Notes under the pieces: model-generated
The model's input: only the letters and a program-made list of their open reading frames with translations
Told to the model about the DNA's origin: nothing
Database searches by the model: none
In this document: one piece after another, positions 22,811-35,900 of the stretch
Layout: each line of letters starts with the position of its first letter
How positions within the stretch are numbered: position 1 is the stretch's first letter
From: Vicugna vicugna
Taxonomy: Eukaryota
Assembly (NCBI GenBank): GCA_013265495.1
Contig: MU063048.1
Coordinates: forward strand, 3,472,001 to 3,536,000
Length of the DNA stretch: 64,000 bases
Direction: 5' to 3'
Position numbers and translations under genes: made by a program

Positions 22811-25182
22811 CACCACCACCACTATGGTGTCCGTGCTGCAGCCTCTCATTATTAGGTTGAGCAGGTGGGAGGATTTTAGCTAACTCAGAATTCCCTGGTA
22901 AAAGCCAAATTTTCCAGCTCTGCAAGAATGCCCAGCACTCTCCTAAAAATCTTTTAAGACGCTCTGGGCTTGAGGGATTATTTTTCTATGGGCTTGCTAG
23001 TTCCCAGAGGAGAACCCTATGGCAAAAGGAAACAGGGCAGCCAGAAGGGAGGTGCTAAAATGCTAAGGGTGGTGGGGCGGGCCAGGCACCGTGCTGGGAG
23101 TGGTGGAAAGCCTGTGAGCAGCAGGGAGCCAAGTCTTCCTTCTCCTCTCATTAACGACCCTTCCCTTATGCTGTCTCTCCCACTATCAAGTCCCCAGACC
23201 CGGACTGTGCCTCGTTATAACCAGTGAAAGACCAGGTCTGATATCTCCGACCAGCTCTAATACTGGGGCTGAATATCGTAAAGTGCATCTTCTTGGGTGG
23301 CTCAGTCATTGTCGTTTCCCTGTTTGCACAGCACGACAAGGAGATAAAATTTATATTCTGTATAATATGCCATCTACGGAAGCCATCGGGGATGGTAGAG
23401 CTAAGTGAATTTAAGTTTCCTCCGTGGTTTCCATGGGCCTCTGTTAGCTTCCCTCACTGTTCCTGGGGCAGGGGGACGCGGTGTATAAAAGGACACAGTC
23501 GGAGGTTGAAAATCATTAGCAAGGCCCGTGGCTATGAGCTGGTTTGATGATGCATCTTTTCACGGAGAATTTTCACTGAGTGTAACTGTTCTACAAATAT
23601 CCCCGAAGGGATCTGATTGGCAGCTGGAGCTAGGACCTGACCTGCCGTAAGTCAGACAACGCCATAGGTGGCTTCACAGTGTTGACTGAGGGCTTGCCAT
23701 GAGTGATGCAAGTTATGGCCTGTATGTAGAGACAGTCAGAAAGGCAACAGCTGGGTGAGTCGTTACAGACCAGGCGTCCCTTTCAGAAAGCGCACGGGAA
23801 GGAAGACGGCCAAGACTGTTGAGTGCTTGTCACTGTGACCCAGGTGACTTAAAAGTGGTCTCCTTTATAGCTGTGTGTGTGTGTCGCAAATCATATTCAA
23901 TGAATATGCTTTAATTTCATAGCTAGAAAAAAATTAACTCTTTGAAGTGCCCTTGGAGCCGTTTCTTTACATTCTGCAAACAGATTTTTTTATGTCAGTG
24001 TTCTTTGGCAGCTGGACAGCTTTATACATGATCAATCAGTTACTTAAGCGTGAGGCCAAATATTCTTATATAGCACCCACTTCTCTATAAATTGCCTTTG
24101 CTTACAGACATCTGTTTTAGAGATATTTAGAAAAAGACTTCCAGAGACATTATGCCCAACCAACATGGACGGGAGGTACGATGTTGTTTCATGAAGTGTT
24201 TCTGTGTTTCTGATCTCATTCTAACCTCTTCTCCACCTGGACAGGCCGGGGGGCAGCCATGACCCCACCCAAAGGACAGGGCATGAGGTCCTGGGGACCT
24301 GGCGACCTGGCTGACGCCCTCCCCAGTGCATAGGAAAGAGTTAGGGTTAATAAGAGCTTGAGAGATTCAGGCAATTCTTTGAAAACTTTCTCTTTTATGA
24401 ATGACCTTAGCTTTAAACCAAACCCCTTGTCTTCCCCAGAGCTCAGGTTTTCTGTCTGGACAAATGCAGGTGCCCTTGTAGGACAACCTGTAAACACGGG
24501 CTAGCTCGCCTTTCTCCCTCTTCACCCCAAGCCTGTCAGATTGGCAGGGCAGAGCCTTTCCAGAGTCAAACTCCAAGGGAACGCTTTGTCAAGGGTTTTA
24601 GGCACAGAGACCAAACTCAGCAAAACATTGGAATTGCTGAGAATGAAGAATGACTGGGGGTGGGGGGAACCCTCCTTTTACATATGACTTTCCCATAGAC
24701 TAAGCACAAAGGGAAAGTCTGGAGGTCAGGAACGTTCACATTATATTGTGTGTTCAGTGTGGCTTTCTAAATGAATCAGGCCATTTCTCTTGGAACTCGT
24801 AAATCCTTGGGAAAAAATATTCCTCCATAAAGGGGAAATTCATACTTAATAATTTTAGGGGGACAGACGTCAAGCTGGAGACAGCCTCCGCCAGTCCATT
24901 CGGAAGGTCCTGAGGCGGGAGGCCTCTGCCTGAACTCACGCATTCGGGCCGACTGCAGAACCAGCGAGCGGAGCGGGCAGGGCAGGGCAGGCTTGGCAGG
25001 GCCCCGACAGCCTCACCCACCACATAATTAGAGGAGAAAATGCCCACGCAGACAAGCCAGCCCCAAAGCGAAAGGCCTGATATGTTTTTCCTGAGCATCG
25101 TTGTATTTTTAGTTGTGGTTCAAGGACAATTTGAGTGAAGGATGGTTGTTTTCGTTGCTAATGTGTCTCTTTCTCCTGGCAG

Positions 25183-25253
25183 CCTGAGAACATCCTGTGT
25201 GTGAACCGGGACACTAAACAAATAAAAATTATTGACTTTGGATTGGCCAGAAG
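25183..25253 (+). CDS. MYLK4: MYLK4 exon 8 (PENILCVNRDTKQIKIIDFGLAR)
   Basis: ggcag|cctgag acceptor and gaag|gtatgt donor; PEN and DFG motifs. Confidence 0.97.
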
Positions 25254-25885
25254 GTATGTCAGTTTGGACATAGGTGTGTGAACCGAGTTAGGGAGCTTGC
25301 TGGGCGCTCTTTCTTTGCAAAGATAAATCTGATCTAACCCTTGGTTTCATGCCCCCATTTAGAAAGAACTTGACAAAAATTGTGTTTCCGCTCTCCCTTT
25401 CTGGCTTCAGGGCTTGAACAAACTCAGGGGTTTCCACAGTGCATGCAAGAAAAAATATAGAATATTAAAACCTAATACGGTGAAGTTATTACATCTGAAG
25501 ACATTAATTCAGAATTTGTAAGTGTCTGTCTTAGTCTTTTATATTTGTTCCATCTGTAAAGAGATTTCCTTTAAAAAAATTAATTGTGTAAGCAAAGGGT
25601 TCTGATACGGACAAGGAGCTCAAGGGACGAAGGAGTGTGTGTGGGCTTCAGCACATGAGCGAGGCTGTAAAATGGTCGTAAGTCACTGCGTCCTCCTTCT
25701 TCATGGACACAGGCCTGCTCAAGCCGCCCCCATGTCAGCCCTGTGCCGGGGCTCCTGTCACCATATTCCGCAATTCAGGGTTCTGACTATTCTCACGACT
25801 GTTTAAGATTATTGAGCCTGTCTGGTAGGAGGAAGCTTCCTCACAAGCTTTGGACACTCTCTCTTAAATACGTGACTTCCTTTAA

Positions 25886-26134
<249 letters not shown>

Positions 26135-26764
26135 TAAGCAGACCCCTGGCCCTCCTCCGCTGCTCCTCAGGTGCTGCGCCTGTTCTATGGGGCTCTGCTG
26201 TTTTGAACAGAAGCCCGGATGTGGGTCTGCAGATCCCTCCGGACCAGACTCAGGAGCTTCTGAGCTTCTGCTGACTCTTGTGGGCGGAAGCAGTAAATCC
26301 TTTCCCCGGACATCATCTGAAAAGCAGAAGTAGGTCTTCTTCGCTAATCACTTTAGATCCTAGGACACACTTAGTGTCCTAAAAATAATTTTTAAAAAAC
26401 CCCAAAGCCCTGAAACTCGTGCCCTGACCTCCCCCTCAGTGACTTAGGAGCCTTGCTCCTCGGAGGCGACACCCCTGGCTTTTGCACCTGAGGCCGTGCC
26501 AGCACTCTGCTAGCTGTGAAGGCTTTAAAAAGGCAGCTGCACTATTCAGGGTAGCTGCCACCATCCTTGCTGCCACTGTTTAATGAGGAGTCGGGCTGAG
26601 AGCAGTAGCATTTTCTTGATTGCAAAAGCGTATAAGTAAATTATGCTTAATTCTTGGTCATCTGCCCTCCTGTGGTTTCCAAGGACAGAACCGAGAAGGC
26701 AGCCTATCTGTGAAGGGTCTGCAGGTGGGTGAAGGACACTCACCCTGGATTCTGTGTCTTTCAG

Positions 26765-26917
26765 ACTTAGTGGTCTGTCCCCCTTCCTGGGAGACAGTGA
26801 CGCTGAGACTCTGAACAACATCCTGGCCTGCAGGTGGGACCTAGAGGACGCAGAGTTTCAGGACATCTCGGAGGAGGCCAGGGAGTTCATCGCCAAGCTT
26901 CTGGTCAAGGAGAAGAG
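26765..26917 (+). CDS. MYLK4: MYLK4 exon 10 (LSGLSPFLGDSDAETLNNILACRWDLEDAEFQDISEEAREFIAKLLVKEK)
   Basis: tttcag|acttag acceptor and gaagag|gtgacc donor; typical MLCK C-lobe. Confidence 0.96.
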
Positions 26918-28284
26918 GTGACCCTGGCTCTCTGTGTGCTCTGGGGGAAGTAGGGATAATGGGGGCGGGGTCCCCGGCTGTCAGAATTTGTGTCCGATAG
27001 CTGCCACGCCCCTCAGTGACGCCCGTGACGCACCCGCGGCATTGTAGGCAGAGTGAATTCGATGCTCTCGGCCCAGGTCACTGAGATCTGGATGCTCTGG
27101 CCGCGAGGCTGGGATGGGGCTGGGAAAAGATCCCTCCTCTGCCGTTTGTAATGAGGCTCTGCAAGCAGGGTGTCTTGCTGGGCTCAGCAGACTCACCCTC
27201 AGAACGACGGGCTTGGGTAACCTATCCCACGGTCCCTTCCACACGTACGGGGTGTAGACGGCTCCACGCCGCTGAACGCTTGACCCCCATTTCGTCTGAG
27301 AGCCTGCTCTGGACCGGACCATGCTGACTGCTGTGGAGACATTCTCTCTTAAGCCCCCCCAGCTGCACAGGTGGAAGCGGGCACTGCAGTTCCAGGCACG
27401 AGAGTCCGACTAGTCTGCGCGAGACTGTGCAGCTGGCTAAGTGGTAGAACCGATCATCAGCACAACTCGACCCTCCCCCAGGCCGTGCACCTACATTTCA
27501 CGGGCTTCTGTTTTCAGTCTTGCTCAAACCACGCAATTCAAAGTTCAGTGGATGAAGAACAGTGATACCGAAACACTGGGGTTTGCATTCTAGCATCTGG
27601 GGGTGGGGCCTTGTGATTCGCCTGTCACACACTTTTCAGAAGGTTTGTCTAAACTATATAAAGGTAGATAATATTCAAGACTTCAGGGCCAACAATACTT
27701 GCTTTATCTTGTTACCGTATCTATGGCTTTTAAGTTATCGGTACCCGTGACTGTGAGCTAACAGGCAGGAGGTTCGGGTGGGGGTGGGAACCACACGGGC
27801 GGTGGGTCTGGTGCAGGGCCCGGCGCACGTCCTCCACTCAGGGACCTCACCGCTTGCCTCCAGTCTGCCGGAAGTGCGTCTGGGGCACCGAGAACAGACG
27901 CACAAAGCTCGGCCCCCTCCTTTGGCGACTCACGACCTAGCAGGAGAGACGGGCTTAACAGTGGAGCTAACGTCTCACTCACGCAGAGTGGATCGACAAG
28001 GGCCAGAGCTGAGCCTGAGGGTGAGGGCGACTCACCCTGGCTGGAGAGCCAATCGGGAGAAGAGCAGTGAACAGACACTGGTTTTGTCCTTAAGGACGGG
28101 AAGGATGAGTGGCGCGGGAGCTGGTGTGACCAGCACCGCTGTCGGTACCTTCCTGGACACCAGCAGCGAACAGATGGAAGATGCCTTCATTGACTAAAGC
28201 CAAATCTTCGGTGGGAGAGAGACGCACACTTACTGAACCTATGTTACTGATGCACTTTTGCGTGTTACCTGGTCCAGTCCCCGG

Positions 28285-28350
28285 GTGACCCTGTGGTGTA
28301 AGGATGGCATCACCGTTACTTTACACGTGAGGAAACCGAGGCCGGGAGCA
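28285..28350 (-). mobile_element. MIR fragment
   Basis: actttacacgtgaggaaaccgaggc matches the antisense MIR core. Confidence 0.55.
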
Positions 28351-29546
28351 GTGGAGCAGCGCGCAGCTGGCTCGGGGACCCCGGCCCCCTGCCCTGCCCA
28401 CTCCTGAGTCTGGGGCCTCATTCTTGCCTGAGGAGCAGCAGCCACAGCTCCGGGCATTCCAGTCGATGCTTGGACAAAACTAACTGGCCAATGCTGAGAA
28501 TTGTTATCATAGAGTAAACTGGGCACAAACATAAACTTGCAATTACATCAAGGATTTAGTTATTCATGCGATGTTATTGTTAACTGTTTAATAGTCAGCT
28601 CTGACAAGTTTGACATCAGAGTGCAGGAGTAATTTTTCGGCTCTTGTCAGCTACTGGCTGAGGGTCCAGTACGGACAATTTGTGGTAGTCAACAGAATAA
28701 GCCTTCCAGCTGAAGCTGGTGGAAGTCGAGAGTGTTTTAAAAAAATCATATCTGTTTGTTTAGGGTCCTACTGGTAAGGCTGTCACCAAGTGACCCTTCA
28801 CCGGCCAAAGTCAAGTCTTGTCTCCTCTCCCGTACTTAAGTACTTGGTGTCGGCTGCAGCGGCTCACAAGCCGAGCGTCACGAGGACCTGACACTGCTTT
28901 TCTGATGTTGTTTCAGACGCAGACGTCAGATCGTCACAACTGCAATTTTTATTTTGGAGGGTTATTCCGTTTCACGTGATAAATCTTAGCACACAGGACA
29001 AGTTTACGAAGCTGAGAATTATGATATAACATATTGTTGTAATTCTTCCTCAGGTATTTTTAAATTTATAAACCTTTGCTAGGCAAAAGTTTCTAACATA
29101 CGCTCAACCCTAACGCTAACTCTCCATCCGTTTCTCTGTGGATTTGACTCTTCAAAGCTTCTTAATTCAAAAGTTAGCAATGCATATTGTTAAAAAGTTT
29201 TAATACGTAAATTGCTTTTGCAATCACCAAGCATCATAGAGTTTTAGCCTCACGGTGATAACCTACGCCTGCTCTTCAGCGGATGGTGGGAGTTCAGTTT
29301 CTGATGCTCAGACAGCACAGCTAGGGTGGCCGCTTACCTCTGAAGGTAAATCGGCTATTAAGAAGCACTCCGAGTTATTTGCCTTCTTGTCTTACCGATA
29401 TTATCACCCTGGTCGGATCTGATGGAGCCTACGGTCACTGATCCCTGCTCCGGGGAAGACAGACCTGCCTGTGGATTTGCCGCTCCGCCGTCTGGTCTCC
29501 CCGGGCAGCGGCCAGAGCTGCTGATAACCTCCTGCCTTCCCTTTAG

Positions 29547-29625
29547 CTGGAGAATAAGTGCGAGAGAAGCCCTCAAGCACCCGTGGCTGTCGGACCGCGA
29601 GCTCCACTCCAGGCTCAGCGCGCAG
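29547..29625 (+). CDS. MYLK4: MYLK4 exon 11 (SWRISAREALKHPWLSDRELHSRLSAQ)
   Basis: ctttag|ctggag acceptor and gcag|gtaacc donor; subdomain XI R...L.HPWL. Confidence 0.96.
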
Positions 29626-30249
29626 GTAACCGCGGCTCGTGTCCCCCTTTCCCAGCCGGCTCCGACCTTCTGACGATCAGACGCTGGAGGCACCCAGCCT
29701 GCAGTGAGGTTCTCCCTAACTACTGTCTCACAGCCTTCGAATCTTGTGTTAGTGTTAACGTGCTTAAAATGCTTTCACTGAGCAACTCGTGTTCTTTAAA
29801 TGCATGCTGACTGTGTTGTTTAGTAGAGTTCTGTTTTCACAGAGCTGTTTATTGTGTTTGTTCCTTGATTCTTGTATCCATTATAAAGTGGATGACACCC
29901 CTGTAGCTGTGCACACACACACACAGCCTGGGGTGCAAACACGTGGAGTTTTGAAGAATACATATTAATGTGCATTCGAGAGAAACATCCTCCTTAAAAC
30001 AGAACTCAGAACTCTAATGTCCGTGCTCACCTGGTCTAGTCTGCTCTGGGAGCCAAAAAACTGTAATATTCACCTTTCTGAAGCTATTGGTGTACGTATA
30101 TGGGAAGGGACTCCTACAGAGGGCTAAGCAGAGATGAGTGAGGTGTGTGTTGAGAGCACCCGAGCCCCTGCTCTGGGATGACTTCAGGTCAAGTCCTTGT
30201 CTGCGCTCCCTGTCTGGACTACTGTTTACATTCCAGCTCCCTCGTCTGC

Positions 30250-30580
30250 GCCTTCTGCTCGGAGTTCTTCCCTAAGCTTCAGATCCAAACGCCACCCGTG
30301 CACTGGACGTTTCCACCTGGATCTTCTCAGTCCTAAACTGAACTCCTCTCCCCCCACCTCACCTGGTCCGCAGCCAGCCCCCCTGAACGGCCTAACCCAG
30401 ACCCGGGAGCATCTCCCCCCATCCCCTCATCTCATATTCAATTTACCTCCAAGTTCTGTATGTATCTCCTCCGGTTATTTCTGGAGTCTGCACAGCCCTC
30501 CCCATCCCCATGGTTATCTTGGCCGGGACACCCCTGACTTGAATTACTGTGATCGTCCCCTCCCAACTACCTCCATCCAG
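30250..30580 (+). mobile_element. L2 LINE relic
   Basis: cttcagatccaaacgccacc...ggacgtttccacctggatc...cctaaactgaactcct...cctgacttgaattactgtgatcgtcccct resembles the L2 3' region. Confidence 0.6.
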
Positions 30581-31394
30581 ACCACGGTGGAGTGTACACA
30601 CAGCTCAGAAGCAGGTGTGTCGCGTGTAAGTAACTTTACTAAACTGGGTGGTCAGCTGGGCAGGACACAGAGAGAGGCGATGCTCAGGCTCTGCCTTCAG
30701 GCCTCCCTGGGGACCAGGCTCTGTAGCGAACGTCCCTTGGGACGGCCGCCTGGCACAGGATGCGTCTGATACACCCTCATTTCCTCCATCTTCGCTCCTC
30801 AGCCTCCCGGGGGTTTGACTGGAGCTTTCCACTGACCAAACCCTTGGAATGACTCTGCTTCAGGTATTCATTTTTTCCACATCCAGCTTTTATTGAAATT
30901 AACTCTCCTTCTAAATTCGGCATCAGTAGTACGTTTTATTTGTGTCTGAATACACCTTTCCTTGATAATTGGTACTGATGTCAAGTAAAAATAGGCTTTT
31001 ACCGAGTTGGTTCCTCACCCAGACTACATAAACTGCTTATTAGGGTTACCAGCCTGTTCTGGGCCAATTTTCCGCCAGTGTATTTTCACCCAAGCTCCTT
31101 GGTGTCCAAATACACTTTGACGTGGTAGGACAGTATGGAAACCACAGCAGGTAATTAATGACATTATACAGTTTAAACGTGTTTCGAAGTACGTTTTAAG
31201 CCATGTAACAGCAACAACAAAAATCACCTTTTCGTTCTTCTATCCAACTGCTGGTGCCTACGGTGAATAGATACTTCAAGAATGGTGAGGATTTTAAAAA
31301 AAGTTCCATCGTGCAGACCTAGCCAGTTGCCATGAACGTTATGGTTGTACCGCACTGTGCCAGGCTCTGTTCTGCTCCATGAAAATTAACACAC

Positions 31395-31490
31395 TCAGGC
31401 CTCATACCAACCCTTTGAAACAGGCCCTGCCATTAGGCTCATTACGTAGATGAGAAAACTGAGGCCAGGGGTTAAGTGCTGGTCCAGGAC
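31395..31490 (-). mobile_element. MIR fragment
   Basis: cattacgtagatgagaaaactgaggccaggggttaagtg matches the antisense MIR core. Confidence 0.65.
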
Positions 31491-32914
31491 CCCAGCGGGA
31501 GCAGGTGACTGAGCCAGCATCCCACCACAGGCAGGCAGGCTCCGGACTCTGCCGTCCTGCGGGAGGGGCTGCTGGGCCAGGGCCGGGGGGCTGTGGTGTT
31601 CCTGGACCCACTCATGTACCGAACATTTTTGGTGTCACTGAAAGCCAGTACTCGAGCTTAATATAGCTTTTATTTTTCAGTGAAAGATTGAGACTAATTT
31701 TTTCCAGAAGATTGATGTTTGGAATAATCTTGGTTCTAAGAATCAAGAATTTAACTTTATATTGGAAAATTTAACTCTTACCCAAATTATTTACTATCTA
31801 AGTCTAAATTCTATTTTAAAAAGTTTAAAGTAAACTTTCCTTTACCTCTTTTAATTGTTCTGTGCTTGAGAGCACGTCCTGTTTCAGAACCCCGAGCACG
31901 CCTGCGACTGACGAAGTTAAGGAGGATTTTCCTCCTCAGACATTAAGGCCCTGACATTCCCTGCCTTCGGTGCTGGGCTCAGGATGACATGTGGTTCCCA
32001 GGCTCCCCTCTGTCCCCGCCATCGACGCACAGCCCGCCTGCCATCAGAAACAGCTCTCAGCTGGGGTGCGGCAAAGGCTTCCCAAACGACAAGTCTGTGC
32101 GAACTTAGCCAACGCGCTCGGCAGGCGTGTTACACACTTAGGGGCGGGAGGAAGGAAGATGGAACAGGTGTGACATGGATTCATTCCCCTGAGCAATAAG
32201 CCTTCCCCTTTCCCGCTCCCTGTGCCGCAGCCTCGGCTGCCGCCCTCTTCCAGCTCACCGAGCTGGTGAAGTATCCCCCACCCACTCTTCCCTCGCTCAC
32301 CACAGCGTCGTGGCATTAACTACAGCTCTGCTCACAGTCTTCCTGGGTCAGAGCGTCTTCGAGAGGCCCCGCTGTGCACCCCAAACACAGCCAGCAGTTC
32401 AGGCCCCCCGACCCCAGGGCACCCCTCCGGTCCCAGTATGTCCCCACGTCAGATTTCCAGCCCTGTCCCCGTGGCCCCTGCTGGGTCGGCCCCACTCTCG
32501 CGATGGCCTAAGTTCTGCTTTACAAGCCGCCTCCTCTAAGACGGCTCCTCTCGGTGCCCGCGCTGGACGTGCCTCCGCAGTCCTCCTGAGCCCGTCCCGC
32601 GCCGCCTAACTCTTGTCCCCGGGGTTCGGGGACGTTGGGAAGAAGCAGTCTCTGTGTCTGACTCAGCCTTGCGGTCAGTCTGTCTCGACTCTTGTGCTTT
32701 GTCAAAGTGAGTTCTGACAAACACACACGTGCAGAAGTGCAGTGCCACTGGGTACGAGGCCCTTTGTGTACCTGAGGGGAGGGTGTGGCGTCAGGGGCCC
32801 CGGGGGACAGCAGGGGGCGTGCTTGAGCTGCACCTGGAGGGCCGGTCAGTGCGTCTAAGTCAGGAACTGACGGAAACGTTTGAATCCTTCTCGAAATGTC
32901 TTCTGTTTCCCTAG

Positions 32915-32962
32915 AAGATGAAGAACTGCTGCTCCGATGGCCAGGGCCCGGTGGCCAAGTAG
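32915..32962 (+). CDS. MYLK4: MYLK4 exon 12 coding part (KMKNCCSDGQGPVAK*); exon extends to 32987
   Basis: ttccctag|aagatg acceptor, TAG at 32960-32962, donor gaaag|gttggt at 32988; aligns with recalled human KKKNRGSDAQDFVTK*. Confidence 0.88.
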   Translation, partial: KMKNCCSDGQGPVAK

Positions 32963-35900
32963 TCCCTGGAAGGCGTCCATTTGAAAGGTTGGTCTTGGCC
33001 CTTTCCTGAAGGGTGTTTGAGCCCAAAGCGAGGGGAAAGAGGAGGCTGTGCGAGCAGAGTGGGGAGAGCGGAGGCTATGCAGGTAGCGGGCCGTGGTCCT
33101 GCTGAGAGGAGGCCCCGGAGCCAGCCCGTTCTGTGCTTTCTGGCTGAGAAACTTGCGTTTCCCGAGCTGTGGGCTGGAGATCGCCTTACTCCCTGGGTTT
33201 GCTGAGCGGCTCCAGTGAGGTCACCCAGGCGCAGCCGGGGACCAGGGTTGGCACGGAGCAGGTGCTCAGGAGGCGGGACCTGCACAGAGGCCTTCCCCTG
33301 TGTGGGATCCGGGGAAGGAGCACGTGTCTGGTAGAGCTGGGGGACCGTGGCTCAGAGCCTTAGAGACTAACCAAGCCCCCGAAGCTGCCCCAGATCAGAG
33401 CAGGGCGTGATCCTCTCGGGTCTCGGCCCCAAGCCCACACTTCTTGTCTCCCCTGAGCTGCGGGCGGGTCTGGGCCCACTCTTGGACCCCTCTGCCCTGC
33501 TTAGAATGTTGTCAGAATTATTCAGGGAGAGACAGTTTACACATGAATCTCTTCTGTTACATCAGTATGGCCCGATTTATGGCCTAAAGGCGAGGCCTGG
33601 GCAGGGGGTACTTATTTCAGAGGACTTTTGGTAATCCCGGCACCTGCACCCCCGGGTGAGCCCCTCGCCCCCAGCAGGCCGGCCCCTAGTCCTGGTCGGT
33701 GAGTCCGCGCCCCAGTCTGGGGCTCGACTTGGCGACCTCGTGGGACTCCTGACCTGTGGGTCTGCAGCCGCGCAGCTCAGTGGTCTTACTCTTTTATTCT
33801 GGTTTATATTTATTCTGGCCTGAGGTTCTGCTGGTCTGTTTGACTGTATGTATTCTTGTCAGCTGCCTTAAATCTGTTGTAGAATAAGATTGGGTAGAAA
33901 TAAATCAATGACTCATAATAAAAGTCACCAGCCAGCACTAGGAAAGAATTCGGCCTTGGGTGTGAGGGTCGCTTGCTGGTGACCCTCTCACTAACTTAGA
34001 AATCTGTGTCAACAGGAAGGCTTTGCTTTCTACCTACAAGGACCATTCTCATTTGTCAAAAATAGCGAGGACTTAAAGTCTGGGGACCAGAGAAGGCAGT
34101 TCTCTGTCCGGTGACAGTGTGGAGAGGGCGACTCTCAGGGCCCCGAGGTGAAGTGGGGCTGTGCTGTGAGCCTGCAGTTGCTGGGCTGGTCCCTCCTCCC
34201 CTCTGTCCCAGAGGCAGCTTCGTTCCCCTGTGACCACAAACCCCGACGGTTTGCCACAAACCGCCTTCCCACCGTGGGCGCCGGGGTCACGCCGGAGGCC
34301 CAGTGGGAATGAACTTGGCGGGTGGCGGGAGGCAGCACAGTGAGGCAGGCCTGGCGCCAGGGTCTGGTGGGAAGGACGAGGGGAAACAGCGGTGGGAGAT
34401 GGCTGAGGCTCCTGGAACCTATGGCCATGGGGGGTGGCAGCCGGGTGGTGACGGCCACAAGGAGGGCAGACAGAAGTGTTGGGGCCGTCACGCTGGCACA
34501 GCAGCACAGCATCCTTGTTGGACTTGCCTGATGAGCCCTCTCTGGACCAGGTCAGGCCAGGTCCGCCCCATGATGGCCGCTCGGGCAGCCGCCTCCTCTC
34601 CTGGCCCCCAGCTGGGTGGAGACCCACCAGGTCCCTGCGGTCCCTGCAATGTGGATGCTTCCTGGTTTACCTTCTTGTTTTTAATTTTCCAAATTATAAT
34701 GTGAACTTAAGATATTAACTCTGGGGGCAGCCTCATTTGAGAAAAATCTCATTAAAAAAAATAGGTCATTCTTCACCATATTTCCTGCCAGGAGAAGGCG
34801 GGGTTTTTGGCAAGACAGACTATGAGTAAAACCAATATTGAGATAATATTTTTTTAAAATCTGGTGGCTGAAGATTATTGCTGTGGAAAAAGAACAACTC
34901 CCAGGCCTTATGAATCAGGGCTGCTCCGCAAGGTAAACCGAAGCAGAGGAGCCTCCTGCAGTTTGTTGGGAGGTTTGATGCATGGAGGAAACACTGAAAG
35001 TCAGCTGCGTGGTGATCCGGCTCTCACCTCCGTTGCTCTGGGGCCAGCCCGTGAGACAGAACTTGCAGACACCTGGGACCCATGGGGACGGCGTAGACAC
35101 GGCACCCAGTGTGCGGCCGGGGTCAGCTGTGGTCGGAAAGCCCCCCACCGCCCCGCTCTGATGCCGGCATCAGGCCGGCGGGGCGGCCGGGCGGCACAGG
35201 CAGGGAGGGGCCTGCGCTCCAGCGGGAACAGAGGGGCCTTGTCCTTCGATCCTGCAAACGGGACGAAAATATCTTGCACAAAACAAAACAAAACCACCAG
35301 CCCAGCAGTGGGATCCTCCAAGGGTTTCTTCTTTTTGTTTTTTTCTCACAGACACACATACTTTATAAAAAGTCATCTGTGGTTTTCCTCAGGGGCACAA
35401 CCAACTAATTACAATTTTAAAAGCCCTGCTGAATTAACAAGGGTCATATTTTGTTTGCTTCGCAGGAAAACGGCTGCGGTGGCTGCTGCTTTGAGAAGAT
35501 TTCTGGCAACATCAGCGGTTCTGATGCCCTGACCCCTGTGAGGACTGGTGGCTCTGGGGAGCAGAAGCCGCCACCCCCAGCTCCGGGCACACAGGGGACC
35601 CCAGTGCGGTGGTCTCGGGACGCAGCAGGCCGCACCCCTTCCTCATGCCCCACCCCGCGCGTGGTGCCCCCCGAGGAGGTGTTTCCCGGCCATCCTGAGC
35701 TGGGAAATTCTTGATCTCAGTTGTGGGCCAGGGGCCTTGGCTCTGCTGTCTCCCAGAGCCCTGGGGCAAGCACCCTGGGGATTTAGTTGAGATTTTAAAA
35801 CACATTGGATGCATTTAGAAGGGGGATCGCCTTGCGAAGGGACGAGGATGTCGGTCGTCAGAAAAAACTGAGTCTGGTGCCCCACTGACCACATAGTTTC

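Noticed and set aside
22449-22925. ORFs spanning the second gap
   Set aside because: Same N-run artefact.
26361-26381. 8-bp hairpin taggacac / gtgtccta in intron 9
   Set aside because: Too short to distinguish from chance.
29626-29673. Read-through of exon 11 giving the alternative tail VTAARVPLSQPAPTF*
   Set aside because: Exon 11 donor is strong (cag|gtaacc) and a homologous exon 12 exists; no nearby poly(A) signal seen.
34864-35532. 222-aa ORF overlapping the last intron/exon boundary
   Set aside because: No known domain, low-complexity GC-driven composition, and it crosses a splice acceptor.
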